This document shows, piece by piece, positions 61,512 to 64,000 of a stretch of DNA of 64,000 bases; the first letter of the stretch is position 1; each line of letters opens with the position of its first letter. The DNA is from Candidatus Roizmanbacteria bacterium RIFCSPLOWO2_01_FULL_40_13 (lineage in GTDB: Bacteria > Patescibacteriota > Microgenomatia > UBA1406 > GWC2-37-13): NCBI GenBank assembly GCA_001789745.1, contig MGAN01000002.1, positions 7,916-71,915 on the forward strand. The letters are read 5' to 3'. Made by a program: the position numbers and the translations under genes. The notes below the pieces were generated by a model. The model had not been told where the DNA came from. It was given only the letters and a program-made list of their open reading frames with translations, and made no database searches.

Positions 61512-64000
61512 GTGTGCGGGATAGCAGGATTATACGGGTTCAGAGATGACAGTTTGATCAAAAAAATTTCTGAACAATTATTGCATCGTGGACCCGACGG
61601 AGAAGGCTACTATCTTAGTGATCAAGTTTCTTTACTGAATCGACGGTTGGCAATTATTGATCGAAAAGGAGGAGATCAGCCGATCTTTAACGAGGATAAG
61701 ACGGTAGCCGTAGTTTATAACGGCGAAATCTATAATTTCAGAAGACTAAGGAGTGAACTGCAAAAAGCAGGACATAAGTTTCGGACGAATTCAGATACCG
61801 AGGTGATAGCGCACGGATATGAGGAGTGGGATTATAGATGTTTTGATAAGTTCAACGGGATGTTTGCAGTTGCGCTCTACGATCTGAAAAAAAACAAGCT
61901 GATATTGGCAAGGGATCATTTCGGGATTAAACCTTTATATTATTCAGTCTTAAATTCTTCTTCAGAAAATAGAAATATTTCTGGAAATGCGGCTCAAGTA
62001 ATTTTTTCCTCAGAAATAAAACCTCTTATCAATTCAGGTCTGATTGTGAAAAAGCCGAATGACAGGATCATCTACAGATATTTGCGTTATCGTATTCATG
62101 ACGATCAGAGGGAAACTTTTTTTCAAGGCGTTTACCGGGTGATGCCGGGGGAAATCCTAGAAGCAATCAACAAGAATATAGAAACAAAAAGCTTTACGAA
62201 TTTGCGAGCCGATTTATTGAAAGCATCGGTCCACCCGCAGGGTGGACAGGCGCGAAAATTGACAAAAAATCAAATTGATGTTTTTAGGAAAAAGTTAATT
62301 GAGGCAATTAAGTTGCGGTTAATATCGGAGGTTCCGGTGGGGACTTGTCTCTCGGGAGGAATTGATTCGTCGGTAATCGTCTCAATCGTAAACAAGCTTC
62401 TCAAGGATAAAGTAACGGAAGCCGAGTCGGTGGGAAAAATCCAAAATACTTTTTCGGCTGTCTTTCCCGGCAATTCTAACGATGAAGAAAAGTATGTAAA
62501 TCAAGTTTTAAAGTTTATCAGCTTAAAAAATTATAAAGTTAAACCTAATTCTGAGGAATTTTTTAGGGATTTAGCGGATTTTGTAAAAATTCAGGAAGAA
62601 CCGACGATTTCTACCGGACCTTATGCGCAGTATAAAGTCATGCAGCAGGCAAGCAAACATGTGACCGTTCTGCTGGACGGACAGGGGGCCGACGAGATGC
62701 TGGCCGGATATATGCCATATTATTTTGTTTATTTGAACCAATTGGTCAAGGAGAAAGACTGGTTAATATTGATTAAAACAATCGCAAAATCCTTGGACAT
62801 TCTTGGTTATTATTTTATCTATCTATTTCAACTTGTCACGGGGATTAGAAAGTCTTTCCGCGCCGGCGATTTGTTAAATAGAGAGTATAGTCGGAAATTT
62901 TCCCAGGAAGAATACCAACCTACAGATGACAATTTAAAGAAAAGATTGGTTGAAGACATCTTTATAAATAGTTTGCCGGCACTACTGCGTTATGAAGATA
63001 AAAACGGCATGAGATTCTCGCTTGAAGGAAGAGTTCCGTTCCTTGATTTCAATTTGCTTAAATATTTGTTTTCTCTGCCAGATGGAGCTATTTTTAAAAA
63101 CGGATGGAACAAATATATCTTAAGAAAGTCGACCGGAGGGCTGATTCCCAAAAAGTGTACTTTAAGAAGAAATAAAATCGGATTTACAACTCCTGAATAC
63201 GAATGGCTAAGACAGATGAAAGATAAGATATATTCAATTTTTTTAAGCGATTCTTTTGCAGGGAGAAAGTATTTTAATCAGACTGCGGTAGTGAAGGCAT
63301 GGCAAAAATTTAATGACAGCAACAGCGATGACACCATGTTATTTTGGCGATTGATAAATTTGGAAATTTGGCTGAGAGTGTTTTTTGACTCCGATCCGCG
63401 TAAAGCTTCGGAAGGAAAAGATCAAAAAGCTTTTGATATCGGAAGTCCAAATAAAGGGAAAAAATTGGAGACGGAAGTCAAAGGAGGAAAATATTTGAGA
63501 TTTCTGATCCGGACAGAGGTGATTAAAAAAGGGGATGATATAGTTTATAAACTTTCAAAAAAAATTGTTTCACTGCTCCCTGGTATTATTGAATCACCAC
63601 TTCTTTATTCCCCTCCTTATCAGCGTAAATTTTTTCTTGTAGTATCCGAAAAAATTGTGGCTATCGCCCAAGGGCGGTCATATTTTCTCTGGGATATCAA
63701 GTGCGGATTTTGGTCAAATTTACTCTCCAAATTCGTAAAAAAGACGCCCTACGGAATCGGTCTGGGAAGCCCTTGGACAATGCAGTTGACGATTAACGAA
63801 ATCGGACTAGCCAGAACCGTCCTGGCCGCGGCCGTGGGCAAGACGGCACAGGTATTTGGAATAAAAGGCTTGTTTTACAGGCTTGCGGGTAGCGATGTAG
63901 CGGCAATAGACGGGCCTACGGAATATTCCCTTTACCCCTCCAATGTTTCGGCGAAGTTGGGGCCGAAGAATCCGCAACTAGTTGCGGAAAATATCAAATT
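61512..64000 (+). CDS. asparagine synthase (glutamine-hydrolysing)-family protein with C-terminal CofE (F420-0:gamma-glutamyl ligase)-like extension; partial, runs off the window
   Basis: Not in the ORF track (no stop in window). GTG start then CGIAGLYGF (Ntn Cys), PP-loop CLSGGIDSS, C-terminal ...FWRLINLEIWLRVFF. After about 30 aa: IKKGDDIVYKL, FFLVVSEKIVAIAQGR, AAIDGP...LGPKNPQLVAENI. Confidence 0.75.
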   Translation, partial: MCGIAGLYGFRDDSLIKKISEQLLHRGPDGEGYYLSDQVSLLNRRLAIIDRKGGDQPIFNEDKTVAVVYNGEIYNFRRLRSELQKAGHKFRTNSDTEVIAHGYEEWDYRCFDKFNGMFAVALYDLKKNKLILARDHFGIKPLYYSVLNSSSENRNISGNAAQVIFSSEIKPLINSGLIVKKPNDRIIYRYLRYRIHDDQRETFFQGVYRVMPGEILEAINKNIETKSFTNLRADLLKASVHPQGGQARKLTKNQIDVFRKKLIEAIKLRLISEVPVGTCLSGGIDSSVIVSIVNKLLKDKVTEAESVGKIQNTFSAVFPGNSNDEEKYVNQVLKFISLKNYKVKPNSEEFFRDLADFVKIQEEPTISTGPYAQYKVMQQASKHVTVLLDGQGADEMLAGYMPYYFVYLNQLVKEKDWLILIKTIAKSLDILGYYFIYLFQLVTGIRKSFRAGDLLNREYSRKFSQEEYQPTDDNLKKRLVEDIFINSLPALLRYEDKNGMRFSLEGRVPFLDFNLLKYLFSLPDGAIFKNGWNKYILRKSTGGLIPKKCTLRRNKIGFTTPEYEWLRQMKDKIYSIFLSDSFAGRKYFNQTAVVKAWQKFNDSNSDDTMLFWRLINLEIWLRVFFDSDPRKASEGKDQKAFDIGSPNKGKKLETEVKGGKYLRFLIRTEVIKKGDDIVYKLSKKIVSLLPGIIESPLLYSPPYQRKFFLVVSEKIVAIAQGRSYFLWDIKCGFWSNLLSKFVKKTPYGIGLGSPWTMQLTINEIGLARTVLAAAVGKTAQVFGIKGLFYRLAGSDVAAIDGPTEYSLYPSNVSAKLGPKNPQLVAENIK

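Overview
This 64-kb window comes from a moderately AT-rich bacterium with a small-genome style. The gene set and repeat style suggest a Patescibacteria/CPR-like lineage, but that is inference only.

Backbone (about 1 to 40 kb): cell-envelope, division and translation genes.
- A partial class A PBP, metG, rpsO-pnp, a RAYT-type HUH transposase and ftsK.
- A rearranged dcw region. mraZ-rsmH-ftsL-ftsI-murE-pgeF and murC-murB-murA-glmU-like-yvcK-dgkA-mraY lie on the minus strand. murJ-deoA-mltG lie on the plus strand. ftsW-murG-ftsQ-ftsA-ftsZ lie on the minus strand.
- ileS, rodA, rplU-rpmA, a ParB-like HTH protein and lepB.

Accessory segment (from about 40.1 kb): it opens at two tRNA-Val(CAC) genes.
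- Orphan ORFs, a truncated YerC-like gene and a 908-aa secreted beta-propeller + LCAT-like lipase protein.
- A Zn-ribbon methyltransferase and a NAGPA-domain protein.
- A Wzx/Wzy-type surface-glycan cluster: three GT2, two GT4, one GT2-flippase fusion and an O-antigen-ligase-like protein.
- tRNA-Thr/Gly/Asp, a LysM protein, PolX, lemA-htpX, and an AsnB whose ORF continues into a CofE-like domain and runs off the window.

The most unusual property is a dense layer of small repeats.
- There are at least five families of palindromic or MITE-like elements, a REP-like palindrome associated with the RAYT gene, and pervasive 7-nt-periodic arrays in spacers.
- Several of these elements also sit in frame inside essential or conserved genes (murC, ileS, PolX, AsnB, glycosyltransferases).
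- One element bridges a GT2-flippase fusion.
- A near-perfect heptanucleotide tract in a GT2 gene is a phase-variation candidate.

Many genes carry a -10 box 6-10 nt upstream of the ATG, which looks like a leaderless architecture. No CRISPR array, rRNA or recognisable known defence system was seen.
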